Notes: generated by a model not told the origin, from the sequence alone. 64,000 nucleotides of DNA from Gordius albopunctatus (GCA_964276515.1 OZ193909.1:15438001-15502000), one strand, 5' to 3'. Counted from the stretch's first letter, positions 1-32,200 are shown. Numbers and translations are program-made.

Positions 1-227
1 ATCTCTTTCAACCATGAATTCAAACGATTACTAAATATAATAACATTTGTAGGATTAAATTCAAAATGTTTTAAATCGTCCACCTGAAAAAAGTTTAAGG
101 TTCTAGCAAAAAATCTTTTTGGCCATTTATTTACAATTATGGAGATTACCTAGAAAGCGTCACAAATGAATCTGATGTTAAGAGTTTAACAAATTTTAAA
201 AGTTTAAGATTAATGTCGTCAATCTTA

Positions 228-9527
<9,300 letters not shown>

Positions 9528-10159
9528 TTTTTTTAAACTAATGTGCTACACAAAAACCGCGCTTGACTACAATGCTATAACTTTTCAATTCTTATCTTCA
9601 TCAGATTGGCCTAGACATATTTTATATAATGAGCCTAAACCTAAGTAATGGCTGTCAAAGACACGTAATAACTTATTACAAATTTTTAAACTTATTTTAG
9701 GGTATTATAGTACATTTACATGGGAAATACAGTAAACGGTAAGTTAACGATACTACAGAAATGTGTATATATAGATACATAATTCAAGATTATTACAGAA
9801 CAATTACCATTTAATTAGCACACTACTCAACACTAATTGGAATAAATCACAGGTATTATAAAGAACTTATGCTATAGGATGTCTTAAATTGTGTTGATTG
9901 CCATATGCTTATTAAAGGCGATATTTACTTTAAACATGGACGAAGTCAGTGGCGAGAAATTTTTTCTTGCCCCTCTCTGGGTGAAGAATTTTGAGTTGGC
10001 ATAAAGCACATATGTAGATAGTAATATTTTTTCTTGAATTTTGGCAAAAACTTATCTAATTGTGGTAGTTGCGCTCCCGCACGCCACCTGGCCTCTAACC
10101 TATTTTACTTTTATTTCCATTTCACTTTTATTCCTATTCTACTTTTATGTCTATTTTAC

Positions 10160-10540
10160 GCTTATCTATCTCCCTATTTATATTTTACTATCGACCATCG
10201 CCATCTTCCCTTATATGTTTAATTACTGACAGCGTTGCTTTGTTCTGATGGATCGTGGGATAGACGGTGCTGAGCGATGAAAACATCAAAGAAGAAAAAA
10301 CATCTGCGCACCCTCGTTAGAAAGCTATTATTATTGTATCGAAAAGCAAGATATATACAATTATTTTCACTTTTCGGTTCTCCCCTAACATATTATTAAT
10401 TTCCATACGAACTTCGTAAGTAATTATTGTAATGTTTAATGTAATTCGGATATTATGTGTTAATAAACGAAATAATATTGGTTAATATTTGCAGAAGTAA
10501 TATTGGTAATAACAAAGTAATATTGGTAATTTATAGGTTA
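10160..10540. repeat. Dispersed repeat of unknown class (copy 1)
   Basis: Visibly aligns with 16375-16740, e.g. CTATCGACC.TCGCCATCTTCC...TGCTTTGTTCTGA.G.AT.GTGGGATAGACGGTGCTGAG.GATGAA...CCCTCGTTAGAAAGCTA. Confidence 0.7.
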
Positions 10541-10774
10541 ATTAGTAGATAGTAACATTCATATATATTTATTACTAATATTTTCTCATTTTGTAAGTCG
10601 CTCGTCAAATTGGCGAGAAAAAAACTTTACGAAGCTTAAAGATTATTACATGAAGATAATTTAGGTAAATCATCAAGTCTATCATATAATATTTTAAACT
10701 GTGGTATTCGCGCGCCTACACACCACCTGGCCTATAACCTATTTCATTTTTATTCCTATTTCACTTTTATTTTT

Positions 10775-12108
10775 ATTGCTATGCGATTTATGGGCTCGCT
10801 TTTTGTTGTATGTCCGTCCGTTATCCTTCCATCCAACGTTCTTAATTGCTGGTTTTTTAAAATTAAATTAATATATTGTTCTTGTTGATACCATTGATAA
10901 TATGACTTTTTGACCGTGTCCTGGCTACTGACAAATGAAAAAAGGACCATTGGCCAAATTGTGATTCTAATTTTTTTTCGTTTTTGAATTGGTATATTAA
11001 GTTAACATGGATAATTACCCTATACCCTACCGAAGAAAGGCCTATGTCATGGATCCCTGTATCCCCCCCCCCTACAAAAGCATATGCCTCTACTGATGTG
11101 GGTTCGAATCCCAGCGAAGGCAAATTCTTAATTGCCCCTTAGGTACCCGGAGAGGGCAAAATTATTTTTTAAAAATTTAATTAATATATTTTTCCTGTTA
11201 TTACCATAGATAATATGACTTTTTGACCGTGTCCTGGCTACTGACCAATGGAAAAAATGACCATTGTCCAAATTGTGAATCGAATTTTTTTTCCGTTTTA
11301 GAATTGGTATATTAGATTAATATTGATAATTACTCTATGCCTCCCGTAGAAGGGGCTATGCCTCTACTGATATGGGTCGCTCTGCCCCCCCCCCTACAAA
11401 AGCCTATGCCTCTATTAATGTGGGTTCGAATCCCGGAGAGGGCAAATTTTTTGAATTTTTTTTTATAATTTATATATTGTTCTTGTTAACACCATTAATA
11501 ATAAGACTTTTTGGCCGTCCGCTGGCTGATGACCAATGAAAAAAATGACCATTGGCCAAATTGTGATTCGAATTTTTTTTTGTTTTTTTCGTCTCTTATG
11601 TATTTATACAGTAGCCAGAACACGGTCAAAAAATCATATTATCAATGGTATTAACAAGAACAAAATATTAATTTAATTTTAAAAAAATAAAATTTTTTGT
11701 CCTCTCAACCAGCAATTAAGAATTTCCCTAGCCGGAATTCGAACCCACATTAGTAGAGGCATAGGCTTTCGGGGGGGGGCACAGGGACCCATATAAGTAA
11801 AGGCATAGGCCCTTCTAGAGGAGGGCATAGGGTTATTATTAATGCTAACCTAATATTCCAATTAGAAAACGAAAAAAAATTTCGATTCACAATTTGGCCA
11901 ATGGTCATTTTTTCCAATGGTCAGTAGCCAGAACACGGTCAAAAGTGTTATTATCAATGGTATTAACAAGAAAAAAATATTAATTTTATTTTTAAAAAAA
12001 ATTTATCCTCTCCGGGTATCGAACCAGCAAGTCAGAACGTTGGAAGGACGGACAACGAACGGACAACGGACTGACAACAAAAAGCGAGCCCATAAATTGC
12101 ATAGCAAT
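10775..12108. mobile_element. Fold-back (inverted) element made of two 5' halves of the Helentron-associated HINE family
   Basis: Starts ATTGCTATGCGATTTATGGGCTCG and ends CGAGCCCATAAATTGCATAGCAAT. Internal units (TGGCCAAATTGTGA, CTGACCAATG, GGTTCGAATCCC) switch orientation at about 11590-11610. The same motifs occur at 43520-44330. Confidence 0.8.
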
Positions 12109-12111
12109 TAA

Positions 12112-12970
12112 TACAATATAATATAATAGAGCGAATAAAAAGATTTTTTATTTATAAAAATTTTTTCTTTAAATTTTTTAATAATAATTGTTTTTCAACA
12201 TTTTTGTCGGATAAGCAGGAACGCTTGGCAGTTAATACAGCAATAGCTATACTAAAAACCCGCTCCACGAGGGTAGATGAGGGGATTGGAATATTATACT
12301 TAATAAACAAATCTTTTAAAGCAGAAAACTTATTTAAAACATTTAATGTTTTGTCCTTCGCTTCAAAAAATTGCGATAATTTCATCCTCCAATCCGCCCT
12401 CTAATTCCTCGTCAAAGAAACGATATCTCGGAATCGACAGTTCTTCTTCTTTCATTATCAATTCTAGAGGATTTAACCTCTTTTTTCAATAAAACGAAAA
12501 GTTTATTCTTTAATATTCTATTAATTATTGTAACTATTCCTTCTTATTATAGGAATGTCATGTTCTTATTTTGTAAACTTTTCCTATTTAATTGGTAAAG
12601 AAATGGTAATTTAAAAGTATTTTGTATTTAAGATACTATAATTTAACAAAAGATACAAGTATACTTTTATAAATTAAAATATAATTAATAATATCAAATT
12701 AATAAACTTTAATCTATTCTTCTTTTGCACGTTATGGTATGTTATGATATTTCGGAGGAGGAAAAAGGAAAAACAGCTGATTAAAAAATATAAGTCTTTT
12801 TTGTTAAAAAATTTGATTAACATTTTTTTTTAAATAAATAAAAATAAAAAAGGGTTTTTAAAATTGAACGAACATTACATTCGAACGCGTTCATCAAAAA
12901 AAGGAAAGTGTTCACGTTCAAAGTTCACCGGAAAAAAGGAACGCCCTTCATCAATTTTTTCAAAATATTT
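12112..12970 (-). mobile_element. hAT-family deletion derivative, second copy (hATC remnant ORF 12152-12385)
   Basis: ORF LKDLFIKYNIPIPSSTLVERVFSIAIAVLTAKRSCLSDKNVEKQLLL; DNA collinear with about 2340-3115. Confidence 0.8.
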
Positions 12971-14545
12971 GACTTTAAATTACTATTTTTAAGTGTAAAA
13001 ATTTTTGACAAATAAAAAAAACTTTCTTAATTGACCTTATGGGGTATATGAGACCCCAAACGCTTATATCTCCAAAAGTATTGATTTTAATAATTTTTAA
13101 TTAACACACATTTAAAAATTTTAATAATTTAATAGTTTTGAAAAATCTTAAAATTCATTTTTATAATCATTCCCGTAATATAAATCAAAAATTAAGAATT
13201 AATATAAGGAATAGATTGAATAAAAATTTACCTTTCTCACTCGTTTATAATAAATTTTAACGAACGTCAATTAATATTATACATAATATAGATGGCGCTA
13301 TATTTATGAAACAAACATGATATTTATTTTAGAATGATGTCTTTTATAACTACCCAATTCAATATTTTTTTATTTACCTTTTTTAAGATTATTTAATTTA
13401 CAAAAATAACTAATATCTATATAATCACCACTTTACCATGTGCTCATCAAAATGGCGGAAAAAAGGGTACATATTTTGTGCGTTGATAACCAGTCTATCT
13501 AGTTTATCGATTGACGATGTGTAGTGACTGAAGTTAATGACGTCAATCAATATTAATTCTGGGATTAAATCTCTATAAATTTTTTATTTACTTAATTATT
13601 TAAATAAAAATAAGTAAGAGGATTACCTTTAGATTGAAACAAGATCTAGAAGAAGTCTTGAGTTTGGCATTGCTGCATAAAAGACATTGCACCTCAAACT
13701 ATCTTTAAGTTTAAACTTTTAAACATATTAGCATATTTAGGAAATGGAAAAATTTTCATGCATGATGTGCTTGCTACATTTATGCTTGATACTTCTATTT
13801 CGATAACTCACTATCATATTAAAGTGTTATATATACGCAGTGAGAAAAGAAAAGAGTAAAAAATTGGATAAGGAGTACTATGACAACCAATACAATAATA
13901 CAAATTAATAATTAAAATTAATTAACTAATTTAATATATTTTAATGAAAATTAATTGTAATTTGATCATTATATGTGATTAACCCCCGAGAGCACTCCTA
14001 AAAATCCCGAACGCGAGAGCATTCGTGAGGTATATTTGACCCCAATTACCTGTCTGTGTTTTTAATCTTCTGATCTTATTAAACTTCAACTTCAATCGTT
14101 TTAGTGTTTTTATATAGTTTATTTATTAAGCGATGAGTTCAAAAGTGTAAAGATTAATCGTTGATTGATAAAGTAAATACGTGAATAATGTGAAATATCG
14201 CGGTTAGATTTTTTTTATCGTCTATCGATAGTAACCAATATCCCGCCTTGTTATCTTCTCCACCAGGAACATAGATGTAAGTTATATATAGTAAATCAGT
14301 AGAAATTTAATTTGTGAAATATGCGAAATAATACAATTTCGAATAAATTAATAAATTGTAAAACTCTTAATGTGCGCAAAACAGGAGCGCAATTGCGCAC
14401 CCGCACCGACCCCATCAGGTGCGCGCACCCGCACTCGCTCTTTGTTATAAAAAAAGTGCGCGCACCAGCACGTCGCACTGCCAATCCGGTGCGAGCACCT
14501 TAACAACTCTGATTTAAGGTCACTATTTTATCTGGTTATAGCAAC

Positions 14546-14975
14546 CAGAGGTGAGATTTGTTAGAATTTTTCTGCCAGAACCCGGCCCTGCCCCATTTTA
14601 TAATTAATCTGCCCGCCCAACCCCTCTATGTGTCCGCCCGGCAATGCCCGAATTATCCCAGCTGCCCGGCCCGAAATAGTGCGTTTTAAAATTTTTAGCA
14701 CTAATATCGTTATATTTTTTAAAAACTTTATCTTAATTTTTGATTTTTTTTAAATGAGAACTAGGATTAACAAACATTATTAAATCAATTTAAAAAGTGG
14801 CAAAATATACACAAAAACAATATAATATATTATTCTAAAAACAAAATTGAGCCCGAATGGCCTGAATCTTGTTATGGTGCCCCCCCCCCGGGCCCGCCCA
14901 AAAGTTAAAATTTACAACAGTTGCCCGGCCCGTGGGCCGGCGGGCAGCGGGTTGGCCGGGCAAATCTGGTCTCTG
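14546..14975. mobile_element. hAT-type MITE
   Basis: TIR CAGAG...AGATTTG / CAAATCT...CTCTG; perfect 8-bp TSD ATAGCAAC; GCCCG arrays. A related fragment lies at about 19838-19980. Confidence 0.85.
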
Positions 14976-15929
14976 ATAGCAACTGCCTTTGTTATTATTG
15001 TAAACTTACCACCCCACATGCCTATTTATTGTTTAAAACATGGCAAAAATATTTTTATTTTATTTACGTACGTTTTATTTAGATGTCTAATACCTCCTTT
15101 TTTAGGTGAAATTAAAGTATTGACACCAAATCAGCATATGATGATATTTTATTAAATTTTACCAAATAGACACATAAAGCTTAATAATTTTTTCCTTAAT
15201 AGTATTTTTAAAAAATTTTTTGGAACCCCCTCCCCCCTCCCATGAGGCAATCCCGGCTACGCCTATGCACTCAAACGTTTCAATTTATATTGCCACGGAC
15301 TAACTGATATTCTACAAATGACGATAATTTTAAAATTAATTACCGCGCTCTTCAAATGCCTTGTAACTTGTGCATATATTGAGGGAGGGAGAGGAAGGAG
15401 TTAGCTACCGTAAAAATCACACGCTTTTTACTACTCTCTACCCAGCTCTCTCGATTACTAAATCTCAACTACCGCTCCCCTTTATAGCAAATCAATTTTT
15501 CGGCCTTATTGTTCCAAATTTAGTGAGATCTTACCGTCATCCATGCGGGGAATGAGATTGAAAAAATATAAGCCACCTTGAAAAACCCTTTTGTTAATCT
15601 CCATTCTAGGTAACTAGCCTCTGTTAGGTCAATACTCAACTTTTGAAATTTCCAATTTTAAAATTCCTATGGAAAATTAGTTTTTCGTAGCTATATTTCT
15701 TTAAACTACATTCTGGCAATTATACGTATTCGCCCCGATGCCGTGTATCCTAAAATTAACCCGGAACGCTCCCGAAACGTATATAACCCTGGCAGAATGG
15801 TTGGCCCGAAGCCTTGTCCTAAGCCACACGTTCACCGTAAGTTATAGTTTGAACCTACTTTAGAATACGTTTTGGGTGACATTTTAAGATAAAGTGCGAT
15901 GGTGTTTTTATAAATCATTTTTATCCCAT

Positions 15930-16152
15930 CTAGTTATTTGGCTGTCTGCTAACCATTAGAAAAAATCACCACTGGCCAAAGTAATGGAAAATTTGCATAA
16001 ATAATTAACTGATCATTTTGCTTTTAATACCCCCCTATAGGCATTCTCGCCCATAAATTGCATAGCAAATATGCTACGTTTACACGGAAGAGTATAGATG
16101 AGTTTCGTTCCCCCCTCCCTCTTCCCACGAGGACCGAAGGCCCTGGTTCTAT
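15930..16152 (+). mobile_element. 3' end fragment of the HINE family
   Basis: CCCATAAATTGCATAGCAAATATG...CCCACGAGGACCGAAGGCCC matches the reverse complement of 41575-41700 (subTIR plus terminal hairpin). Confidence 0.75.
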
Positions 16153-16186
16153 TTTATTAGTGATGGTGAAATAGCGTTTGATAGGT

Positions 16187-16340
16187 GCTAAAGCTATAGC
16201 ACATAGTCACGTGGAGGCGCTAAAGCTATAGCACATAGTCACTTGGAGGCGCAAGAGCTATAGCACATTGTCACATAAGGCGCTAGAGTTATAGCGTGGC
16301 GCTTACATTCTGTAGCGCCTCCTCGTGACTATGCTATGTT
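16187..16340. repeat. 32-bp tandem repeat (about 3.5 copies plus a partial inverted copy)
   Basis: Unit GCTAAAGCTATAGCACATAGTCACGTGGAGGC at 16187, 16219, 16251; inverted partial copy at about 16313-16338. Confidence 0.85.
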
Positions 16341-16374
16341 GATGGGAGGCGCTACACGTGCTGGTGCTAAGCGT

Positions 16375-16740
16375 TCCCTTCTATCTCTCTATGTATATTT
16401 ATCTATCGACCCTCGCCATCTTCCTCTACATGTTAAATTACCGACGGCATTGCTTTGTTCTGACGAATTGTGGGATAGACGGTGCTGAGTGATGAATACC
16501 CTCGTTAGAAAGCTAATATTATAGTATCGGCGAAATACACATAAAAATATCATCACTTACGTTTTTCTCTTCCCCCGATAAAAATATATCATCCTTAATC
16601 CGAACATTTGTAAGCAATTATTGTATTGTTTGATTTTCAGAAATAATATAATTCGAATATTTGTTAGCAATTATTTATTTATTAATAAAGGGAAATAATA
16701 TTGGTTAATATTTGCAGAAGTAATATTGGAAATAATAAGA
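16375..16740. repeat. Dispersed repeat of unknown class (copy 2 of 10160-10540)
   Basis: Direct similarity to 10160-10540. Confidence 0.7.
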
Positions 16741-18454
16741 TATAAACAAAATGATGATTTGATGAAAATGATATTCAACATGGAGATTAAACCATAGATG
16801 GATTAAAGTCATAAATAAGTTATACCGTGCGCGACACTTTTTCCTAAGAATATCAAGTTGCCACTTTGAAATATTTATTGGTATGCCTAAAATAAAGCCA
16901 CAGACGCTGACACTTTGCCACGTTTTCCAACAATTTAGCTGTCAAACTTTTCTTTCGTTAGTCTTCGTTGAATCAAAGGTGGACAAAAGAAAACAGACAT
17001 TTCACAACATTAATATTGACCTTTAATAAGGTATGCACGGGCTTTCGTGATGACCGCGAAGGGAAAAAAAGCGAAACGAGTTTAGCTTGCAAAAATATTA
17101 AGGCTGGCTTTTCTAAACGCGAAATCTTAAATTGGCACACTTCATGAACAAATTGCGCTCGATTAGCTCTTACGATATCTATGAGAAAGGATGTCGATTG
17201 CAATTATTAAAAAATTACAAGTTGGACAGAGGACGGACCACAAAAGGGAGCCCATGAATTGCATAGCAATCAATAAAATAATTTGTTCGTCGCGTTGCCC
17301 TTTTGATATTCCAATTAAATGAACAATGTTTTGGAATGAAACAAGGTCTTAGTAACTTGGAAAAATGTTTTTAGGATCTTAATTTAAGTCTGCGTAAGTA
17401 CTGTAGGCGATTTTAACATTTACTTCTTTCCTTTTATAGATTTTTGTTTTACAGTTTTGACTAATATTCATAAAAATATATGCAAAACATTTAAAAAAAC
17501 CTTTTTAGAAATCAAATGATAAAATCTTTTTATATTAAGAAACCCATAAACAAATTACTAAATTTTAATAATCTTTAAAAGAATTAAATCTGATCAAGCC
17601 TCTAAATGTTTAAGCAAACTTTATTATTTGTACATATTATTTATAACTAAGTATCGAGTTACACGATGGATACATTATATATATAATTTATATATGCAGT
17701 GGTCTACATAGTTAGAAATTAAATGCAAACAATATTTTGGGGGCAAAAGTTATGTTTAAAAGAGTGACCCAATCCACGCACAGGTGGCAATGAAAGGGAC
17801 CGCTCAGAAAAGAAAATACAGGAGAAGGGACAAATTATATAACATAATCGGATCTTAAAAATCTAAATATTCCTTCCAAATTAAGAACTAATTCGCTTTT
17901 AAAAAGTGTGAACTATCGCTATACATACAAACACGGTGGTAAGAATAAGAACGACGGTGTTTAAAGGAATATAAGGATGAAAAATAAAACCGCAAACAAT
18001 ATTACGTATTTCGTTAAAAAGCGCGTTTTTAAAGGATTTAGCGATGTGCGAATGGGATGGGTGGGTGTTTATAAAGAAAAAGTAGACGGATATTTGGTAT
18101 TTCACGCACATGATAGTTAGATGATGGATGTGTATGAGCATTTAAAAAAACATTTGTTCGTTATTCCTTCGTTTTTCATTTTTGGGGCGGCAATGGGGGG
18201 GGGGCGTTCTATCGTCGTAAGCACGATTGAAGAGGCGGGCGCGAAAGTTAAAATGTGAATTTCTGGCAAAACATATGTAGAACGGAGGCTAGGGTGGGAA
18301 CATTACCTATAAGGGTAAAAATAGACTGAATGACATTGCAGATAAAACCCGATACAAACAAAAGGGCGTGGAAATATTGGAAAAATCTAGCAACATTTTA
18401 GAAAAATTATTTGGTTAGCAGTTTCCATTAGAAAAGTTATACCAAAAACATGAT

Positions 18455-18548
18455 CACGGGGGTAGCTAGAGCCCCACCCCCCCTAAATGACGGGAATAAA
18501 GAAAATTTTCAATGCCCCCCCCCTGATTGAACTCTGGCTACGCCCATG
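18455..18548. mobile_element. Poly-G/poly-C hAT-type MITE downstream of the Rap1 stop (probable 3' UTR)
   Basis: Ends CACGGGGGTAGCTAG / CTGGCTACGCCCATG; TSD AACATGAT/AACATGAC. Confidence 0.7.
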
Positions 18549-18637
18549 AACATGACCGTTAAATATCTGGCAATGGAAAAGTGGTTAATCGCGAAACATA
18601 GTAAAGAATGGAGGATGGTTTTTGCTAGTTCCTCACT

Positions 18638-27415
<8,778 letters not shown>

Positions 27416-27754
27416 AGTTTTTGAACAAAATATTTATAAGGCTTGATAAAACGACGAAATAACGATAGACATATCACAAGCGCTTTTGAGATGTATTGTT
27501 ACAAGCTGCCACCTTAAACTAATTTTACGAAAGAATATTTAATATAAAATAAATAATAAAAAATATTAATAAATTAAATTCATCTAAATTATATAAAAAT
27601 TATTTAATTATATTTTAATTATTAAAAAAAGTATAAATTATTCACTTTTAATATTAAACACTCAATTTAAATTACTATATTGAAAAAAAATCGCTATTAA
27701 ATATTATATAGTGTAATGTAAATCATTTATTAATGGAATGCACCATTACTTTAA

Positions 27755-28800
27755 TAGTTGTGGTGATGGGTAAAAACCGAGAAGATTCTCGATATAATCT
27801 CGTCTCGTCTTGAAAAACCGACACGAGATGAGATGAGAATTCGAAAAACTGACCCGAGATCGAGACGAGAATTTTGATGTCGAGACGAGACGATATGAGA
27901 TTTTTTCGGCGAAATCTCGGATTTTTATTGATCGTTATATTTTAGTAAATTATTGTGTATTTTAATTCGCATGATTTACATTTAAATTAAATGTAAATCA
28001 ATATGTGTGGAATATATTTAACATTAAAAAAATTCTTAAGGGTAGTTAATGTTATATTTTTTTATAAATTTTTTTAATTTTTGCAGTCATTTACCTAATT
28101 ATGGTTGACCCTTAGGAAATGTGATTAATTTCATAATATATATATCCTAAATATTTGTATCCATGGCATTATTAAATATTACAAAATTTTAGGCTTAGAA
28201 TGAGTTATGAATAGTAAATATTTATAAAGCATATTTGAATTTCGTAATTGATCATCCTGGATGATGTCGTAATTATAAATTGGGGATCAATCAGTTTGAA
28301 TAATTATACAAGTTAAGCCAAGGTAGCTAGGGATTTTTGAGCACCCGCTTAACGATTTCATAAGTACAATGAATTATTTAATGACACCGTAATAGATTAA
28401 ATCTTTCATGAGTTTTCTATAAATTTTTATGCTTCAACTAATAGTATACCTCCCAAATTTGTGAACCTTAATAAGACATTATGCTAATACATAGTTATCA
28501 TATGCATTACTTTTAACATTATAAGCAGCAAATTTATTTATAGTTTTTTTCAGTCTGCAGTTTCCTTAGAAAATGTTATTTATATGAATTAATTCATCTT
28601 TATATTGTCAATGAGATGTCGTGTCCCGCTAAATCTTGTAAAAGTTTGTGTATTCAAGTTTCTAAAAAATATAAAAAATTTGCCCTTTGGATTTTTTGAT
28701 ACATATTTAATATTTTTAAAAAGTCGAGATGAGACCGAGATTTTTATAATCACTCCCGAGACGATTTTGTTTTCGAGACCTAGACGAGATCGAAACTCTA
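27755..28800 (+). mobile_element. Degenerate hAT derivative between RGP1 and Rap1
   Basis: GAGAC/CGAGA motif arrays at both ends. Frameshifted hATC-like remnant near 28310-28350 (resembles LSKVARDFLSTP). Termini unclear. Confidence 0.55.
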
Positions 28801-29249
28801 AATAGTTGCATATATTTACCTACTTAAAAACTTTTTGGAGCTCTAAGATGCAAATTAAGTAAGCGCTTTCAAGCCACTGTTTGACAGATTAGTGCAATTT
28901 ACACTAAATATTCACTTAGTCACATTTGCGATAATAAATTTTTAGTCCTTCATGAAATTTAACGAGAGCCAGGACTATACATAGGATAATTTTCTATAAT
29001 ATCAGCCATATAATAATTTGATTAGTACATAAAATAAAGATAGAAAATGCATTATACTGAAAATAAAAAATATATATGGCGACTAAAATGATCACCAGCC
29101 AAAATTATGCTTTTATTATGCATTTGTCGTATGTCATGCCAATACATTCTATATACTTCGCACAATAAATGATCTTGAATACATCCACGACAACGCATAT
29201 AATATATATAAAGACCTCCTTAATTCAACAATAAATAACAATCATGATA

Positions 29250-32200
29250 TTATAAATTTGTCGTAATTTTTCCCGTCGTGTATTGACTGGATATAAAGAC
29301 AGGATTTGTGGGGAATATTTTGATTGGTAAATCCCAGGTCATAGTTTCAACGTCGGTTAAGCAAGGTCTAGATAATGAGCAAGATTTGAGATTTAGATCA
29401 TGTTGTAATTCCAAGATATCATTCTTCTCTAGTTCCAGTCTTTCAGTTTCGTACACATTTTCCAATGTTAGCGCGGACAGAGAAGCCAAATTTTGCTCTC
29501 CGTTCGACTGTGATTCGATGACTTTCTTGTTGTACAACGGTGAGGACAGGGGAGAAAAGGTAAATTCAAAATGAATTTTCCACGAGTGCTTAACTAAGTA
29601 CGGGAATAAAAATTAGTTAAATTAGGAGAAATTTCATAATATTTTGAACAAAAGATAATGGTGTCATAAATAGTAAAACAAATAGAAACAATTATATAAA
29701 CGGAAAAAAAACAAAAAACTACACAAACAACGCCAAAATTCAACGTAGGCTTATTAAATTACTAAGACTTTTATTAATTATGGCACTAATGCTCATTTGT
29801 TTTAAAAAAACCTTATAGTTAACATTTAAGCTCTTATAATTAGTGTCTCTTTTTGGTTTCATAAATAATTGAATTCCTTAGTAACCACAAACTAACTAAG
29901 AGCCCTCCTAATCGAAAGAAAGATTATAAAAATATGACCTAGAATCAAATAGAGGCAAAAGAAGTCTATGAGCAATTCATATTAGGAAAGGTCATTCATT
30001 ACAGTATTGGGCATGAAAATAGAGCGAGACGTTAACCAGGAATGGTAAAAGCTGATAGCGAACACAAAGGAAATAGAAATCCATGTTTTTAGACAGAACA
30101 AAGGAGATCAGACTTCGAATAAAGAACTCTGGTGATGGGATCAATCGGTTGGAAAGATTGTTGAATGAAATCAAGCGCTATAAAAGTGTGGCAAAAAATG
30201 GAAAAGGCGAAGGTTTATAAAGTATATCAAGAGCTAAGAGAGCTGCGGAAAAGGCCGTTCAATTAGGAAGCCTACGGCGAGATGGCTTGCAGACTGGAAA
30301 ATGAAGGGAAAAAATTCAGGATGTCGGGATAATAAAGTAGTCAAATAGGAGGATGATCAAACCTTGTTAAAGCCCAAGTAAAGGAAACCAGACCCAAACA
30401 TGGATATGGTCCAATTTTTAGCAATAGAAAGTCGGTGTCCAAAGGAAAATGATTGCTGGACCAGAAAGAGTACGGATAGAAGCATGGGTAGGAACGAGAT
30501 ATTCCCCCGATCAATGGAGAGCGAACGAACCCGAACAGACACTTTTAATGAGTTCGCTTCTTTAATATCAAAATAAAACGAGTTTTTATTTTTCATATTT
30601 TTCGGATTTAATTATTAGTACGAGTATTGGTGGTGAAGGTCGGTGCTACAAAACAAGGCACATCCATGGTTATGGGTGTGAAGAGGGAGTTTAAAAGGAA
30701 ATGTCTCTTTTCGCTGTACACTCCCGTCGTAATTACGGCTCCTCCTAAACCCTGCGAATCCATGGATTTCAATTTTAAAATGTGTTCGTCTTCAATAATT
30801 TTTTCCTCTTCTCTCAACGATGCATAAACCTAAATAAATGAATTTTTCAATTTTCTTTGATAAACTTGTATTGTTAGAGAGATTATATAGTGTTGTAAAA
30901 GCCCTGGGTTTCGCTATCGACCTTTGGTGTTTGTCTATTAAACAAAAAGAGGCCAAAAGTTTTTAGACTGTTTTTCTTGGTCGACCCCTAGGATTAGTCA
31001 ACATTTGAAAAACAGACCAGAAGATTTTGGTCTTTTTTTGTTAAGTGGCCTTTAATCTGTTGAACCGAAGGTCGAATAAACAAAACCCAATCTTTATACA
31101 ACACTAGCCCTATATTACTTGTTAAATTATACAATAAATATGGCAGGTTTCTAGCGCTGTAAATTTTCAAAAAATATTTGCACAAAAGTATATTTATGAT
31201 AAATTTAGATATTTTACTTCTAAGCAGGTTAAAGTTGAATCGGCGAAATCAAGATAGAAGGTTATCGCTTCCCCCAACTTGTAAAATGTTTTGTTGATTG
31301 ACAACTTGCACACCTTGTCATTGTCAACCGTTATGTTAAAGTGCCCTGCAAAAGGTAAAATCTTAATTGTAAATTCCCCTTATAAACCCTTTTTTACACC
31401 TTTTAAAATTGTTCATTGCTGAATGGCTAGGCATAAATAAGGGAATAGTAAAATATATTAACAGTTCTAATATTAAATCCAGGGAATCGTAATGTTTATT
31501 AACAGTCTAATATCAAAACAATAGAGGGGATAAAGTTTGGTCAACTGAATTTTAAAGTATTTATAGTAATGAACCATTCTAAAGTAGAAGATATATATTG
31601 AAAGAATGAGTACCTTATAGCTATTAGAGAAATAAACCAATATAATCCATATAAATATACTAAATACTCCTATTTTGAAGATGCTGGTTGTTTTTTCACT
31701 ATCTAGTGGTTTTTAGTAATGCTTTAAAATCAAATTGTCAATTTTTAATAAATGTCGAATTAATAGTTAAATTGCAAATTTAGAAAATTTTTAATAAAAA
31801 TTTATCCACCCTTAACAGAATAAAGGTGTAATAAATTGTAGGTTTAATTCTGAAGATATAAAAATTTAATAGTGTAAGAGATTTAGAAAAATTAAAAAAA
31901 ACTTTACACAGGGTTAATATATAACCTTTTTATTATAAAATATAAATAAAAAAGTTACTAGATTAAGTTACAAATTAAATAAAAACAATTAAAAATTTTA
32001 CCAAAAAAATGGTTTCTAACAAGGAAGTTCAATTTCCATTATGCTCTATCTTGTTAATATGCTTGTAAGCAAGAAAAAATTGCTCTCAAATCATAATTTA
32101 TATAAATTATTACTAATAGCCAACAATAATTGTTGAAATTACTTATGTTCCGAAAAGAAACAATATCCTGAATAAAAGCCATGGCCTTTTCCATTGAAAA

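Noticed and set aside
11090..11445. GGTTCGAATCCC motifs as tRNA genes
   Set aside because: No D-arm or anticodon arm can be built; they are parts of HINE repeat units.
16187..16340. 32-bp repeats with a palindrome (CRISPR-like unit size)
   Set aside because: Units are head-to-tail with no spacers.
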